In this document: positions 18,101 to 26,545 of the stretch, piece by piece
Position numbering within the stretch: position 1 is the first letter of the stretch
Layout of the letters: every line of letters begins with the position of its first letter
NCBI GenBank assembly: GCA_963663865.1
Contig: OY760686.1
Coordinates: forward strand, 2,912,001-2,976,000
Source: Spirochaetota bacterium
GTDB lineage: Bacteria > Spirochaetota > UBA4802 > UBA5550
Direction: 5' to 3'
Length of the DNA stretch: 64,000 nucleotides
Translations under genes and position numbers: made by a program
The notes under the pieces: model-generated
Told to the model about the DNA's origin: nothing
Seen by the model: only the letters and a program-made list of their open reading frames with translations
Database searches by the model: none

Positions 18101-18442
18101 GACAGCGTCCTTGATGTCCTGAACCGTCTTGGGCTTGTTTTTGGCCTTATCCTCAATAAAAACTACAACTACCGACACGTTCTCAACATTGTAAGAACGG
18201 ACCTTATCGAGATCGCTGACCCCCCTGAGTTTCTTCTCGATGGGGATGGATATGAGCTCTTCAGCCTCCTGAGGTGAAGCGCCCGGATAAACCGTTGTAA
18301 TGCTGACCATGTCAAACTTGACCTCCGGAACAGCTTCACGGTTTAGATTGGTTACACTGTAATAGCCCGCGATAAATATCGATACGACGAGAAGGTTCGC
18401 GAGCAGCTTCTGATCAATTAGAAAATTTATTAGTTTTTTCAT
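15110..18442 (-). CDS. RND (AcrB/AcrD/AcrF family) transporter permease
   Basis: 1110 aa; YPGASP, GMIVDFSIVVTEN, FMPLL..GMMGKF, RLRPIILT; two large periplasmic loops. Confidence 0.93.
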   Translation of the reverse strand: MKKLINFLIDQKLLANLLVVSIFIAGYYSVTNLNREAVPEVKFDMVSITTVYPGASPQEAEELISIPIEKKLRGVSDLDKVRSYNVENVSVVVVFIEDKAKNKPKTVQDIKDAVELVDNLPSGAEAPLVEEINFDNTELISLAFIGKEGKQVPYSKLREYAKISEDFFYDIDGVAEVQKNGYYDREYLVEVSPEALERNRIGLNTLANTLQTRNVDFPGGPLRIGKKEFVLRTKGQFKNADEIRNTVIRGNDTGYVLRVGDVAKVTDTYEEADVYHRFNGREAVVLTLLKKREADEIELADRVKKAVETYSVKGFEDVEIQHFKDTSEITRTRLSTVIDSAILGFFILGIFILFFLGKRMAGVVMLAMPIIFMSEFIVMQGYGMTFNILSMFGMIMVLGMIVDFSIVVTENSHRYLEHGHDRHSAVMKGVSEMFGSVTVTLICLIAAFMPLLLVSGMMGKFIKSIPMVLITSLIASWFVAFFVLPTYLYSMLGKPSRSAGECPGQSITERVICFLFRRKLNNKKELLQEDDNFETGFFGRVQRAYKKLLQVSLKHRYITVSIMFLLLITSLSLIANVLGFQFMTEGGEEKITMRVNLPFETNLETNLTEMKKLERITMSIPSKDEFEYLQTIVGEEASGIIDPKPGKGTFKSTFYLGLCPEKDRTRTASEIASIMRQRVKEARESGTLSKDVTARIEAEFGGPPVGKPVNVEIRGKDFEVIKKIAKEYMDYLKTVKGIFDLTIDLEDGKTEYHYSVNERMAALTDVSAFDIAQALNASFSGTVATKVSEDEEEVGVRVRFEESARERMRSLSEVKIANSKGGLIGLNSVSDVTVKKSYSQINRLNFARLVQVQAEVDPSVITAVDVTKLLEKKFHDIGKRYPDYKIAYGGEQEDTNESMSELGLLFQGALLVILFTLILYFRSVFIPIVVMIAIPFALVGVVFGLMVHGQPLSFMSVLGMFSLAGVIVSNTLVLVMFINSFRDEGMDIKTAVVEAGVVRLRPIILTAGTTILGLVPTIIGFGGKDYMVFPLALAFAYGLLFATFITLVLIPCFYHIAEDIKKGAAWLLSKIGIKLNGEIYKSRALAPAEGTIPGPEEKPAQAKTRKKKEK

Positions 18443-18500
18443 TCCTTTTTCCCCGGGGCCTTATTGGACTGTGCCGCCCCGTAATAGAGAGTTTGCTTCA

Positions 18501-20066
18501 TCAGCCTTTGGGAATATAGTCTTCGACATTAATTCCGTACCTTTCCCAGAGCTCATTTTTAGCCACAGTCAACTGCAGCACCGATATATTATAATAAACA
18601 AGGGCCTCAATCTCCTGCTGACGGCCGCTGACCATCGCGTCAAGACCATTCTTTACTGTAGCCGAGTCGAGACGTCCCCTTCTGAGGTTTCTGAGCATCT
18701 TGTAATAGAAAAGCTCAGCCTGAGCTCGCGCCTCGCTCGCCTTCCTGTATATCTCATAAGCCGACTTCATTGCCTCAATCTTGTTTACCACGTCGTCTTT
18801 TACTGTGCGCTTGATCTTGCTCAGGTTGATTTCAGCCTGTTTGAGCTGGAAAGCGGCGTTTCTCTCGTCAGCCTTCTGCGACCTGTCGCCTATCGGATAG
18901 CTCAATGTCACCCTTCCCTCAAGACTGGGATAGTCGGCCCCGTATGACTGTCCGTAGGCTGAAGCCATCTCCTCATCCTGGCCCACCGTTGAGACGTTTA
19001 ACTCGGCGGTCAGTGAAGGCAGCCCTGAGCTCTCTGCCATATCAAGCTGCATCTTCGCGTTCTCAAGCGACAGCAGAGCGCCTTTATAGTCAGCCCTCTT
19101 CGCGTAGGCTGTTTTTATTGCCTCTTCCGGCTGTGCCTCGCTGTAAACATTGGAAAGAATTACCTTCCCGCTGAGATCAACACCTTCGTCGAGATTTATT
19201 GTTGTGAGAAAGTTTCTGGCCGCTTCAGAGTAGGCCTGCTTCGCTGAAATTACACTCGCCTCAGCCCCCGCGACAAGCAGGTTGTAGTAGTTAAGCTGAA
19301 AGCTGTCATCAAGCCCCAGGTTGACGTTTCTTCTAATTATGTTCCGGACATTCCTCGTCTCCGCGAGCTGAAGCTCAGAGTTCTCAAGGTTTGTCTTGTT
19401 CGTGACTACGGTCCAGTAGTCTACAATCACTCCGACAACGACAAGAGACAGGGACTGCAATACCTGCTCCTTCTGGATTTTAGCCGTGTTCTTCGCGATC
19501 TGACTTTCCCGCCTCTCGCTATAACCGAACCCGTTCTTCAGAAGCTCCTGTCTGACGCTCGCGAATAAAACCGGCATGTGATATTTAGGATCGCCCAGAG
19601 TGAATCCCGTTCCAAGGTCGACCATCTTTCTGTCAGTGTAAGAATTGTTAATCCCGGCGCTGACGCTCGTTCCAGAACTGAAGCTTTTCTGAAGAGCCAA
19701 GTTGGCGTCTATTGTTTTTGACTCGCTCCCATACAGAATTGCTGAACCAGGAGTATTTTGCTGGTACTTATATCCAGCGTCCGCGTTCAGAGTGAGCGCG
19801 TATTTCTTTTGCAGCTTTTCGTACTGCGTGTCTGTCATGGCCACGTCATAGCTTCCAGACAGAATATCGTGGTTGTTCTCAACAGCCTGTTTGATTGCGT
19901 CGCCCAGACTGATCTTCACGCCGCCGATTACCACCGCCGGTTCTTCGGCGTATTCAACAGTCATCTTAGCCGGTGCTTCCTGGCCGGTCAGCATTGCCGC
20001 CGGCAGACAGATAAGCAGCGCAGCAAATATAAAACCCCTGGCCGTCTTCAAATCAGCTTTTTTCAT
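18501..20066 (-). CDS. TolC-family outer membrane channel
   Basis: Signal peptide; ISLGDAIKQAVENN and EEAIKTAYAKRAD OEP repeats; directly upstream of the RND gene. Confidence 0.87.
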   Translation of the reverse strand: MKKADLKTARGFIFAALLICLPAAMLTGQEAPAKMTVEYAEEPAVVIGGVKISLGDAIKQAVENNHDILSGSYDVAMTDTQYEKLQKKYALTLNADAGYKYQQNTPGSAILYGSESKTIDANLALQKSFSSGTSVSAGINNSYTDRKMVDLGTGFTLGDPKYHMPVLFASVRQELLKNGFGYSERRESQIAKNTAKIQKEQVLQSLSLVVVGVIVDYWTVVTNKTNLENSELQLAETRNVRNIIRRNVNLGLDDSFQLNYYNLLVAGAEASVISAKQAYSEAARNFLTTINLDEGVDLSGKVILSNVYSEAQPEEAIKTAYAKRADYKGALLSLENAKMQLDMAESSGLPSLTAELNVSTVGQDEEMASAYGQSYGADYPSLEGRVTLSYPIGDRSQKADERNAAFQLKQAEINLSKIKRTVKDDVVNKIEAMKSAYEIYRKASEARAQAELFYYKMLRNLRRGRLDSATVKNGLDAMVSGRQQEIEALVYYNISVLQLTVAKNELWERYGINVEDYIPKG

Positions 20067-20183
20067 TTTAACCTTCTCAGATTTAAGAATCTATAATTTT
20101 CAAATTTAAATTATCAACCGGCGGTCAGTTAGCTGACTCTGCCGATTCGTGTGAATACCCTCATAAGCATAACACATTGATCT

Positions 20184-20945
20184 CTATTCACCGATTATTT
20201 TAATCAGCTTTTCTACAATTGAAGAGGACAATCCCCTGTTTTTAGCAATATCTACAATTCCATCTATGTAACTCAGAACAGGCTCGGGGACCTCCGGAAT
20301 TTTATAGGTTTCACCGTCCGGACAGACCATCTTGAACGTATATTCCATTATGTAGTCCAAAAAGAGAGGCATGTCGAGTTCAGCCGGAGACAGGCTGTAC
20401 AGAGTGGGCTTGCACATTCTTCTCTGCTTTTCAATTCTGAAAGAGATCGTCTGGGTTCCTATTCCCATCAGTACGAGGGGGATATAGCGGGAGCTGAATG
20501 CCCCCTCCTCAATTCCCCGCTCAATAACCTTTTTCAGGACACTTTCCCTCGGCCCGAATATCTCATTGCGGATGGTCTGCATAAACTCTCCACCCTCGGC
20601 CATCTCCCAGAGAACAATATCGTTCATTTCATCGTCAACGCATTTCAGCGTAATCATTGTCATTATATAGACGATCAGATAGAGCTTCTGTGAGCTGGAC
20701 AGGCTCTCCGAGCCGAAATAGACTGGAAGGTCGATGTCTGTTCCCTTCTCTCCGCCTCCCATGGCAGTGCTGAGTACGGCTTTGTAAAGCCCCTCTTTGC
20801 TTTTGAAGTAGTAATGTATAAGGGCTTTGTTTACACCCGCGCTTTCAGCAATAACAGCCATTCTCGCGCCCTGGTAGCCCCTTGCAGCGAATTCTGTCTT
20901 CGCCGCTTTCATTATTATGTCCTTCGCTTCATGATCACCTATCAC
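20184..20945 (-). CDS. TetR/AcrR family regulator
   Basis: IMKAAKTEFAARGYQGARMAVIAESAGVNKALIHYYFKSKEGLY. Confidence 0.93.
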   Translation of the reverse strand: MIGDHEAKDIIMKAAKTEFAARGYQGARMAVIAESAGVNKALIHYYFKSKEGLYKAVLSTAMGGGEKGTDIDLPVYFGSESLSSSQKLYLIVYIMTMITLKCVDDEMNDIVLWEMAEGGEFMQTIRNEIFGPRESVLKKVIERGIEEGAFSSRYIPLVLMGIGTQTISFRIEKQRRMCKPTLYSLSPAELDMPLFLDYIMEYTFKMVCPDGETYKIPEVPEPVLSYIDGIVDIAKNRGLSSSIVEKLIKIIGE

Positions 20946-20964
20946 AAATCACACCGCCCAATTA

Positions 20965-21008
20965 TTATCCGTATGGTTAATATATTTAATGTTTCGGTTA
21001 GCGTCAAG
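20965..21008 (-). promoter_or_regulatory. Sigma70-type promoter of tetR overlapped by two operator-like sites
   Basis: TTGACG-N17-TATATT; sites CTAACCGAAACATTAA and TTAACCATACGGATAA, 21 bp apart. Confidence 0.65.
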
Positions 21009-21013
21009 GAATA

Positions 21014-21820
21014 TCACCAGTTTCCTTTATAAAAATCGGTTTCAACCATGCTTTCAATCGGTATGCCCATGTACACCTCGGCGCATACCTCGTTGCTGAC
21101 GGCCTTTCTTCCCGAGCTGCTGTATATATTATCACCGGTTTCAAAAGATGTCCGGGAATAATAGAGGTTAAACCCGAGATTTACCGAGCAAACTGACAAA
21201 GCCGCACCAATACCTGCGTCAATCCTCAGTCCTGAGAGATCTGCCTCGTATGCGCCTGAGAAGACGCCATCGTTCCTCATCGCCGGATATGCCGTCAGCG
21301 AACCATTGAATATCCTGCCGGCAAGAACATAGGCAGTGAATCCGCCGCCTGCGGTAAGATTGCCTCTGAAGCCGGCGAAGTCAAAGCTGGGAGCGTAATA
21401 TATCACCGGTCCGACCATCCAGTCGTAGTATGACATGAGCTGATCGCCGTGATCTTCCTTGGAGCCACCGGCTGCGGTGTATATCATCTCCTGGTCAACG
21501 CTGTGATACTTGACTCCAGCCCTTATTCCAAGCTTAAACGCGTGCGAATCGGTACCGAGAATAAACGGCTTGATAAACATCAGATCAACGTTAAAAGCCA
21601 GTCCAGTGTGTTTATGAGTAGGGCTTTTTACAGCCCCGTCTTCCTGCTCAACCTCATATAGACTCTCTTCTTCGCTGATGAAAGTCCCCTGAGGGGCAAA
21701 ACTGAACAGGTATCCCATATTTATATGCATTATGGAATTCAAAAACTCCCTTGCCCGGGAGATTTCTGGTGAGGCTGCAGTAAAAAGCAGAATGGTCAAT
21801 ATTATACTGGTTTTTTTCAT
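21014..21820 (-). CDS. Exported, probably outer-membrane beta-barrel protein of unknown function
   Basis: Signal peptide MKKTSIILTILLFTAAS; alternating aromatic/Gly beta strands. Confidence 0.7.
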   Translation of the reverse strand: MKKTSIILTILLFTAASPEISRAREFLNSIMHINMGYLFSFAPQGTFISEEESLYEVEQEDGAVKSPTHKHTGLAFNVDLMFIKPFILGTDSHAFKLGIRAGVKYHSVDQEMIYTAAGGSKEDHGDQLMSYYDWMVGPVIYYAPSFDFAGFRGNLTAGGGFTAYVLAGRIFNGSLTAYPAMRNDGVFSGAYEADLSGLRIDAGIGAALSVCSVNLGFNLYYSRTSFETGDNIYSSSGRKAVSNEVCAEVYMGIPIESMVETDFYKGNW

Positions 21821-21886
21821 GCTATCCTTATCTTAGTATTTAACACCTTCAATTGCGAAATGCATCACTCATTAATAAATAATCAT

Positions 21887-21930
21887 TTAACTATGTGGTT
21901 AGATATGTTAATGCCACGGTTAGTGTCAAG
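21887..21930 (-). promoter_or_regulatory. Promoter/operator unit paralogous to the tetR promoter
   Basis: TTGACA followed by CTAACCGTGGCATTAA and CTAACCACATAGTTAA; 30/44 identity by hand to 20965-21008 without gaps. Confidence 0.65.
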
Positions 21931-21955
21931 CATTAACACAAAAAAATTTAAACCC

Positions 21956-22597
21956 TTACAGCTTTTCAATAATATCGAGAAATGCCGTTACTGGCTGAGC
22001 ACCCGTAAGCTCACCTGTTTCATTTATAATAATTTTGGGGACCCCTGTGACAGAGTACCTGTTCGCCAGATGCGGAAAAGTTGAGCTTTCAATCATATCC
22101 GCCCGAACATAGCTGCTTTCAAGAGCAAGCCTGTGGGCCGCAATGACAGCTCCCGGACAATAGGGGCAGCCGAGAGTGACAAAAACCTGTATGTGAATCT
22201 CACTGGCGATTGCCGATATCCTCGATATAACATCAGGCGGAAGAGCTTCCTTTGTTCCCGAAACCTCGAGAAGGCTTGCCAGAAATGAATTTATCTCATA
22301 GCCGCCCGGCACACCGTAAAACCTTATACCGGTGTCATTTTTCCTGCTGTCAAGAAGCGCGATTGCCGGAATTTTATCAATCTTCAGGGCCTTCACCGTA
22401 TCAGAGTCAGCCTCGAAATCGAAGATTTGCATTTTCAGTTTATCTGAAAACGAAGTGATTTCTTCAACAAAGGCCCTGTTGTCAGAACAGTCTCTGCATT
22501 CAAAATTCTGTGTAAAAACAGCGATATTGACCTCACCTGCAAGCCCTTCCAACACCTTCCTTAGCTGTTCAGCTGTTTTTTCGTCAAATAGTGACAT
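21956..22597 (-). CDS. Protein disulfide oxidoreductase with two thioredoxin folds (AhpF N-terminal-domain-like)
   Basis: CRDC and CPYC motifs, RFYGVPGGYE, VTGVPKIIIN. Confidence 0.88.
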   Translation of the reverse strand: MSLFDEKTAEQLRKVLEGLAGEVNIAVFTQNFECRDCSDNRAFVEEITSFSDKLKMQIFDFEADSDTVKALKIDKIPAIALLDSRKNDTGIRFYGVPGGYEINSFLASLLEVSGTKEALPPDVISRISAIASEIHIQVFVTLGCPYCPGAVIAAHRLALESSYVRADMIESSTFPHLANRYSVTGVPKIIINETGELTGAQPVTAFLDIIEKL

Positions 22598-22609
22598 ATT
22601 AAACCCCCT

Positions 22610-23596
22610 TCAAATCCATTCAGTTTTTAGCAGATAATCGCAGGCTGATAGAGCGGCCTTAGCTCCCTCGCCCGCGGCAATGATAATCTGTTTATATGGC
22701 ACCTCGGAAAGGTCGCCGGCCGCGAAGAGTCCCGGAACACTCGTCCTGCAGCTGCTGTCTACTTTAACCTCCCCCAGTCTGTTCATATCAACAATTCCCT
22801 TTAAAAACTCGGTATTTGGTAGTAATCCGATCTCGACAAAAACACCCTCCACGCTGATTTCCCGGACACTCTTATCGGCGGCAGAAATTACGGAGACCGA
22901 CGAAACTGATTCATCACCGTTTATTGAGACAACCTCGGAGTTTAATAGAACCTCAACATTGCTGAATGATTCCATGGCACCCACAAGAACAGCATCAGCC
23001 GTAAGTCTGTCCATTATCTGAACTACTGTAACCTTCTCAGCAACGCGGGCAAGATCAATCGCCGCCTCTACAGCGCTGTTTCCTCCGCCGACCACAACGA
23101 CCTTTTTGCCGGCAAAAAAAGGCGCGTCACATGTAGCGCAATACGCCACCCCCTTACCGGCAAATTCCGCCTCGCCTGGGACGCCGAGCTTTCTTGATCT
23201 TTTGCCCGTTGCGGCTATAACAGCCTTCGCCCTGACAGATGTGCCATTTGAAAGCAGCGCCTCATGGGGTGTGCCGGGCTTAAGGGATTCGACCCACAGC
23301 CTGTCACCGAAGGATATGCTGAACTCAAGCACCTGTTCCCTGAATCTCGACACGAGCTCCATCCCGCTGATATATCTGAACCCGAGATAGTTTTCAACAC
23401 CCACTGTCTCGGCAACCTGCCCCCCCAGATCACCTCCTATCAGCGCGGTTTTGACACCTTTTCTCATAGCGTAAACAGCCGCGGTCAAGCCGGCCGGCCC
23501 CCCTCCGATAATGAGTATATCGTATACGATGTCAGAGGCAATGGGCATGAATTTTTCATCGGAAAGAAAGGCAGCGGTGTTGATGTTGAACTCCAT
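22610..23596 (-). CDS. trxB: Thioredoxin reductase (TrxB / AhpF C-terminal type); start placed at the ATG after GGAGG
   Basis: IIGGGPAG, GVAYCATCD, VVGGGNSAVEAA, TSVPGLFAAGD. Confidence 0.9.
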   Translation of the reverse strand: MEFNINTAAFLSDEKFMPIASDIVYDILIIGGGPAGLTAAVYAMRKGVKTALIGGDLGGQVAETVGVENYLGFRYISGMELVSRFREQVLEFSISFGDRLWVESLKPGTPHEALLSNGTSVRAKAVIAATGKRSRKLGVPGEAEFAGKGVAYCATCDAPFFAGKKVVVVGGGNSAVEAAIDLARVAEKVTVVQIMDRLTADAVLVGAMESFSNVEVLLNSEVVSINGDESVSSVSVISAADKSVREISVEGVFVEIGLLPNTEFLKGIVDMNRLGEVKVDSSCRTSVPGLFAAGDLSEVPYKQIIIAAGEGAKAALSACDYLLKTEWI

Positions 23597-23643
23597 ATAG
23601 CGAACCTCCGTAAAAAGGGCAGCCCCCTTAACGGGGGCCCGTT

Positions 23644-24378
23644 TCAACTCATTTTATTTTTAAGTGCGTCAAGCTCATCGGCCATCATCTGCTGGACCAT
23701 ATTGGCGGTTTTAATCAGCGGCTGGTCAGCAAAGCTGCTGTATGGAAGCTCAGGCAGAACGCTGACTGCCATCCTGTGAAAGGCTTTCATCTTCAGGGTG
23801 TTTTTTCCCATTACGGTCCCAGTACCGTATATAACGACAGGAAGAATAGGCTTGCCTCCGTCTTTCGCAAGGCTGAAGGCTCCGGTTCTGAACGATTTAA
23901 GGTTTCCGTCCTCGGAGCGGGTTCCCTCAGGAAAAATCAGAACTGAACTCCCCTCCTGAAGAGTCTGAGCGCAGTCCTCCATCATCTTAGCCATGCTCTT
24001 TATTGTGCCCCGGACAATTCCAATGTAGCGGTTCAGGTACATTATCCAGCCGAGCAGAGGCACCTTAAATATTTCCGCCTTGGAAACAAACTTGAAGTGA
24101 TGGTGGAGCCTGCAGAGTACGAGGATATCCAGAAGCGACTGATGGTTACATACAATGACTCTCGCGTCCTTTCCCCTGAGATTTTCTTTCCCGTAAACCT
24201 TAACACGCCAGCCGGGGATGGCAGCTGTATGCAAGGAGCCCCACATGCATGTCACCCACTGAAGCGCCCTCAGACGCCTGTCGAAAGGCCGCGTTACCGC
24301 CCAGACAAGGAGCGCTATCGGGAAAAAAATAAAAGAGCTTGTTATCATAATCGTCAGCAGTAAAACCGTTGTAATCAT
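23644..24378 (-). CDS. plsC: 1-acyl-sn-glycerol-3-phosphate acyltransferase
   Basis: NHQSLLD (HxxxxD), FVSKAE, IFPEGTRS. Confidence 0.9.
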   Translation of the reverse strand: MITTVLLLTIMITSSFIFFPIALLVWAVTRPFDRRLRALQWVTCMWGSLHTAAIPGWRVKVYGKENLRGKDARVIVCNHQSLLDILVLCRLHHHFKFVSKAEIFKVPLLGWIMYLNRYIGIVRGTIKSMAKMMEDCAQTLQEGSSVLIFPEGTRSEDGNLKSFRTGAFSLAKDGGKPILPVVIYGTGTVMGKNTLKMKAFHRMAVSVLPELPYSSFADQPLIKTANMVQQMMADELDALKNKMS

Positions 24379-24646
24379 TGCACCACCACACAGAATAATA
24401 TACTCGGGAATGCCGCCCCAATAACCCTTTCTGACGGGAGGCGATTAACCCAACGGCTCAGACAGAAATGCTTCACTCAAAAATATGCAGAGTAAGCATT
24501 CGAAACCAGCCTGCAGCCGGCGTCATGATCTCATAAAATAATAAATATTGGAAATCTTTTTTTTGTATAGGGTTTAAATGATGCTGGAAAAAATGAATTA
24601 TGGTTTACTCGGCGAGAGGAGAGGGCCGACAGGATGTCTTTTCGGG

Positions 24647-24994
24647 TTATTCAGCCGGCTCAACCTCCTTAAGATAGGGGATTCTTCTTGATATCGCGCC
24701 GTCAGCCGTCTCAAGCTTATATACTCCTTTTACTGCTCTGATCTTCATCTTCTTTCCTGCTGATTCAAGAAGATCGGGGGTAAGCCTGTCGGCAATCTGA
24801 TAAACAGTACCGTCCGCATCTCTGAAGTAGAGGCTCTGAAAGGGCTCGTTTCCCTTAACAGTTATTACACCCTCCAGAACTGCCGTTTCAGCCGCAGAAT
24901 TTTCAGCGCCCCTCCTGCAGCTGCATCCAGCTAAAAGGAGAAGCGCGATGGAAAGCACGATTAGAGCACCCTTTAACCTTGAAGGCGCTTTCAT
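24647..24994 (-). CDS. Small lipoprotein, hypothetical
   Basis: ATG immediately after the upstream stop; lipobox LLAGC. Confidence 0.7.
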   Translation of the reverse strand: MKAPSRLKGALIVLSIALLLLAGCSCRRGAENSAAETAVLEGVITVKGNEPFQSLYFRDADGTVYQIADRLTPDLLESAGKKMKIRAVKGVYKLETADGAISRRIPYLKEVEPAE

Positions 24995-24995
24995 G

Positions 24996-26420
24996 TCAGC
25001 GTAGATCTCCGAGCGGAATCGCGAAAACGGGATCAACCTTGACCGGGGCCTTTTCAGCAGAAACAGCCGAGGATTTTTTCAGCAAGCCCTGTAGCTCCGA
25101 CAGTTTTGTTGACTGTGTCGGCTCAGGAAGCATCGTGTATGCAGAATTGGGATCCTCAACAGAGTAAAGCCCGTTAACGGCTACAAAGTAACCGTACGCG
25201 GAGTACGGAGCCTCAAAGGATTCCTGTGTCCCATCGGCGGAAAGGCTCATGTAAACAAATCCGTCACTGTTGTTATTAAAGACGCTGCCTGATTCAAGAA
25301 CGACACCAGCCCCCACCCCCATTGAAGCGCTCTCTGACTGCAAGAGCCCGAGTGAAGGCTTTGTGGCTATTTCATCATCATACTGATACAGCGGGCCTGA
25401 TATAAGCCCTGTATTCGCTGCGTACCATCTCAGAAGCAGACGGTTGAAGGTGTTGTCATCTGAATTGCCCCATTTGTCAGAGGAAAATGCGGAATCGTTT
25501 TTCACCGCTCTGACAACGGCCCTGTAGTCCATGTAATCATCGGTATAATCTGTGAGATAATCTTCTGCCGCATTAAAATATCCTTTGAAGAAGGCGTCCT
25601 TTGAGGCTGACTGTGACCTCAGATACTGAAAAAAGAGATAGGACTGCGAGTAGTTCAGCAGCTGAAGATCAACGTCCGTTGTGTTCCAGTAAAACAGAGA
25701 CTGGTTCTCAGCGAACAGGCCGGAAGCCATATATGCGTTATATCTGTTGAGGCTGTTGGTAATCTCTCCATAACACATGTGGTTTGCTGCCTCAGCGAAG
25801 CCCTCATCGATCCACGTATCTGAAAGAAACACGTCGTTTTTTACAGCGAATGAGGCGTGTACCAGGTGCTGAAACTCATGCGCGACCGTCCGCCAGGCGT
25901 CCTCGGTTTTAATGTTCTGAGGATAGCAGTCTATGTAAACCATGTCGGCTTCGTTGGACTTGAGCGCCTTATATGGGCTGAAAAGCAGAGAGGCGTTGCT
26001 GAAAAAGTCAGCTGTAAAGAAGTAACCGCCGACATAGGCCCCCGTGTTCTCAAAATCATCCTTAATGTCGCAGATGAGGAGTATGGTCTTGCCGTTTCTG
26101 TCGACATCGTAAACCTCGGTAAAGCTGCCGGTTACTGTAGGATATATCTTCCCGGAAAACTCCCTCATAATGGATTCGATGTCGGAGTCATCGGGCAAAT
26201 TGCCGTCAGCGTCCAGCGCGTTGTCGGCAACGTACACAACGGCGTGTGAATTTTCTCCCCTTTTTTCGGCTGAGACCCTGTACCATGCTTCCGAGTCATA
26301 GCGGTAATCACCAGTATATGAGAAATCGACCATCCAGAATTGGCGCGTTTCTTCGCTGCCGCACCCGGCTGCAAGAAAAGTAAGAAGTGCAACAGCTGCT
26401 GAAGTAAAAAAAGTTTTCAT
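24996..26420 (-). CDS. Zinc metallopeptidase lipoprotein, M30 (hyicolysin)-like
   Basis: Start MKTFF after GAGAGG; lipobox LAAGC; GGYFF, AHEFQHLVH, WIDEGFAE. Confidence 0.8.
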   Translation of the reverse strand: MKTFFTSAAVALLTFLAAGCGSEETRQFWMVDFSYTGDYRYDSEAWYRVSAEKRGENSHAVVYVADNALDADGNLPDDSDIESIMREFSGKIYPTVTGSFTEVYDVDRNGKTILLICDIKDDFENTGAYVGGYFFTADFFSNASLLFSPYKALKSNEADMVYIDCYPQNIKTEDAWRTVAHEFQHLVHASFAVKNDVFLSDTWIDEGFAEAANHMCYGEITNSLNRYNAYMASGLFAENQSLFYWNTTDVDLQLLNYSQSYLFFQYLRSQSASKDAFFKGYFNAAEDYLTDYTDDYMDYRAVVRAVKNDSAFSSDKWGNSDDNTFNRLLLRWYAANTGLISGPLYQYDDEIATKPSLGLLQSESASMGVGAGVVLESGSVFNNNSDGFVYMSLSADGTQESFEAPYSAYGYFVAVNGLYSVEDPNSAYTMLPEPTQSTKLSELQGLLKKSSAVSAEKAPVKVDPVFAIPLGDLR

Positions 26421-26545
26421 CCCGCCTCTCCTTTCGGCCCTTGTTGCAGCCTGTAATCTATCCACTCGAGCAAAACTCCTGTTCAACAGTATGTGCCGGC
26501 AACTAAAATACTAAAAGAGGCCGTTACCGGCAAACATAAAACTCC

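Noticed and set aside
21956-23596. Split AhpF (TrxB plus two-CxxC oxidoreductase) as a novelty or selenoprotein
   Set aside because: This arrangement is known in anaerobes and thermophiles; all redox motifs are Cys with no in-frame TGA.
24380-24520. Hairpins upstream of plsC; also 8394-8462 and 11087-11116
   Set aside because: Isolated stems with no riboswitch signature; expected by chance or acting as simple terminators or leaders.
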